Source: a virus (taxonomy: Duplodnaviria; Caudoviricetes). From it: a stretch of 24,220 bases of DNA. Each line of letters begins with the position of its first letter. The first letter of the stretch is position 1. Below, in pieces: positions 23,872 through 24,220 of the stretch. The stretch is taken from positions 1 to 24,220 of the IMG/VR virus record IMGVR_UViG_3300017548_000018; one strand, written 5' to 3'. The notes beneath the pieces are model-generated. The model did no database searches. It was given only the letters and a program-made list of their open reading frames with translations, and was not told where the DNA came from. The position numbers and the translations under genes are program-made.

Positions 23872-24220
23872 GGTCCGCTCCCTTGGGTGTTGCGGCTGAT
23901 CTGCGCACCAGTTCGCCACGCTTCACGAGTTCGGCGCCCATGCGATCGGCGAGCTGCCAAAGTTCCTCGGTCGACCAGCTTGACGGATCGAGTTCGCCGG
24001 ATGACGGTTGCGCGGCTCTGGCGCCATCGCGCTGGTTGACGAGATCGACGATGACCTCGCTGGGGCACTCGCTCCACGAATAGCCCGGCAAATTCTTGTG
24101 GACGGCATCCATGAACGCACGGCCGATATTCTCCATGTCCTCGCGATTCGCTTCCGGTTCGGGAGCCGCGAGCCTGGCCTGTACCCACTCGATCGCGTGC
24201 GGCACGCAGGCGCCGTGCAC
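23861..24220 (-). CDS. Hypothetical phage early protein, probably 5'-partial
   Basis: Frame is open to the window edge and the stop overlaps the start of the next gene. Confidence 0.55.
   Translation of the reverse strand: MHGACVPHAIEWVQARLAAPEPEANREDMENIGRAFMDAVHKNLPGYSWSECPSEVIVDLVNQRDGARAAQPSSGELDPSSWSTEELWQLADRMGAELVKRGELVRRSAATPKGADHGG

Larger units (their letters stand above)
1..24220. mobile_element. Temperate myovirus-like phage genome segment (morphogenesis, lysis, methyltransferase, accessory genes, attP, int/xis)
   Basis: Canonical gene order head-neck-sheath-tube-TMP-baseplate-fibre-lysis, plus an integrase. No host housekeeping genes. Phage-type genes flank both sides of the att region. 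Confidence 0.97.

Overview
The window is a contiguous stretch of a temperate, contractile-tailed (myovirus-type) phage genome with high GC, probably infecting a proteobacterium. On the + strand, 1-19645 carries a partial 20-aa-repeat fibre-like gene, the head genes (protease/scaffold, cement, major capsid), neck, sheath, tube, tail chaperones with a -1 frameshift site, a tape measure with a lysozyme domain, baseplate, tail fibre, a lysis cassette (two membrane proteins, a DUF5675-like enzyme, overlapping spanins) and a D12-class adenine methyltransferase. An accessory block of small genes lies at 19648-21900. It is followed on the - strand by a complete tRNA-Thr(UGU), a putative intact attP, a tyrosine integrase, an excisionase-like gene and early genes. 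Phage genes on both sides of the att site suggest the free or excised form, not a prophage boundary. The most notable observation is the attP: it contains only an isolated tRNA-Thr(UGU) anticodon arm as candidate core, so integration would destroy the host tRNA. A recoded full-length tRNA-Thr(UGU) sits 108 bp downstream inside the attP arm, positioned to replace it. Other notable items are the 20-aa repeat protein with one repeat copy echoed on a baseplate protein, an RBS-sequestering hairpin on an accessory operon, and a structured leader before the methyltransferase. Family names come from motif recall and gene order; no database searches were run.
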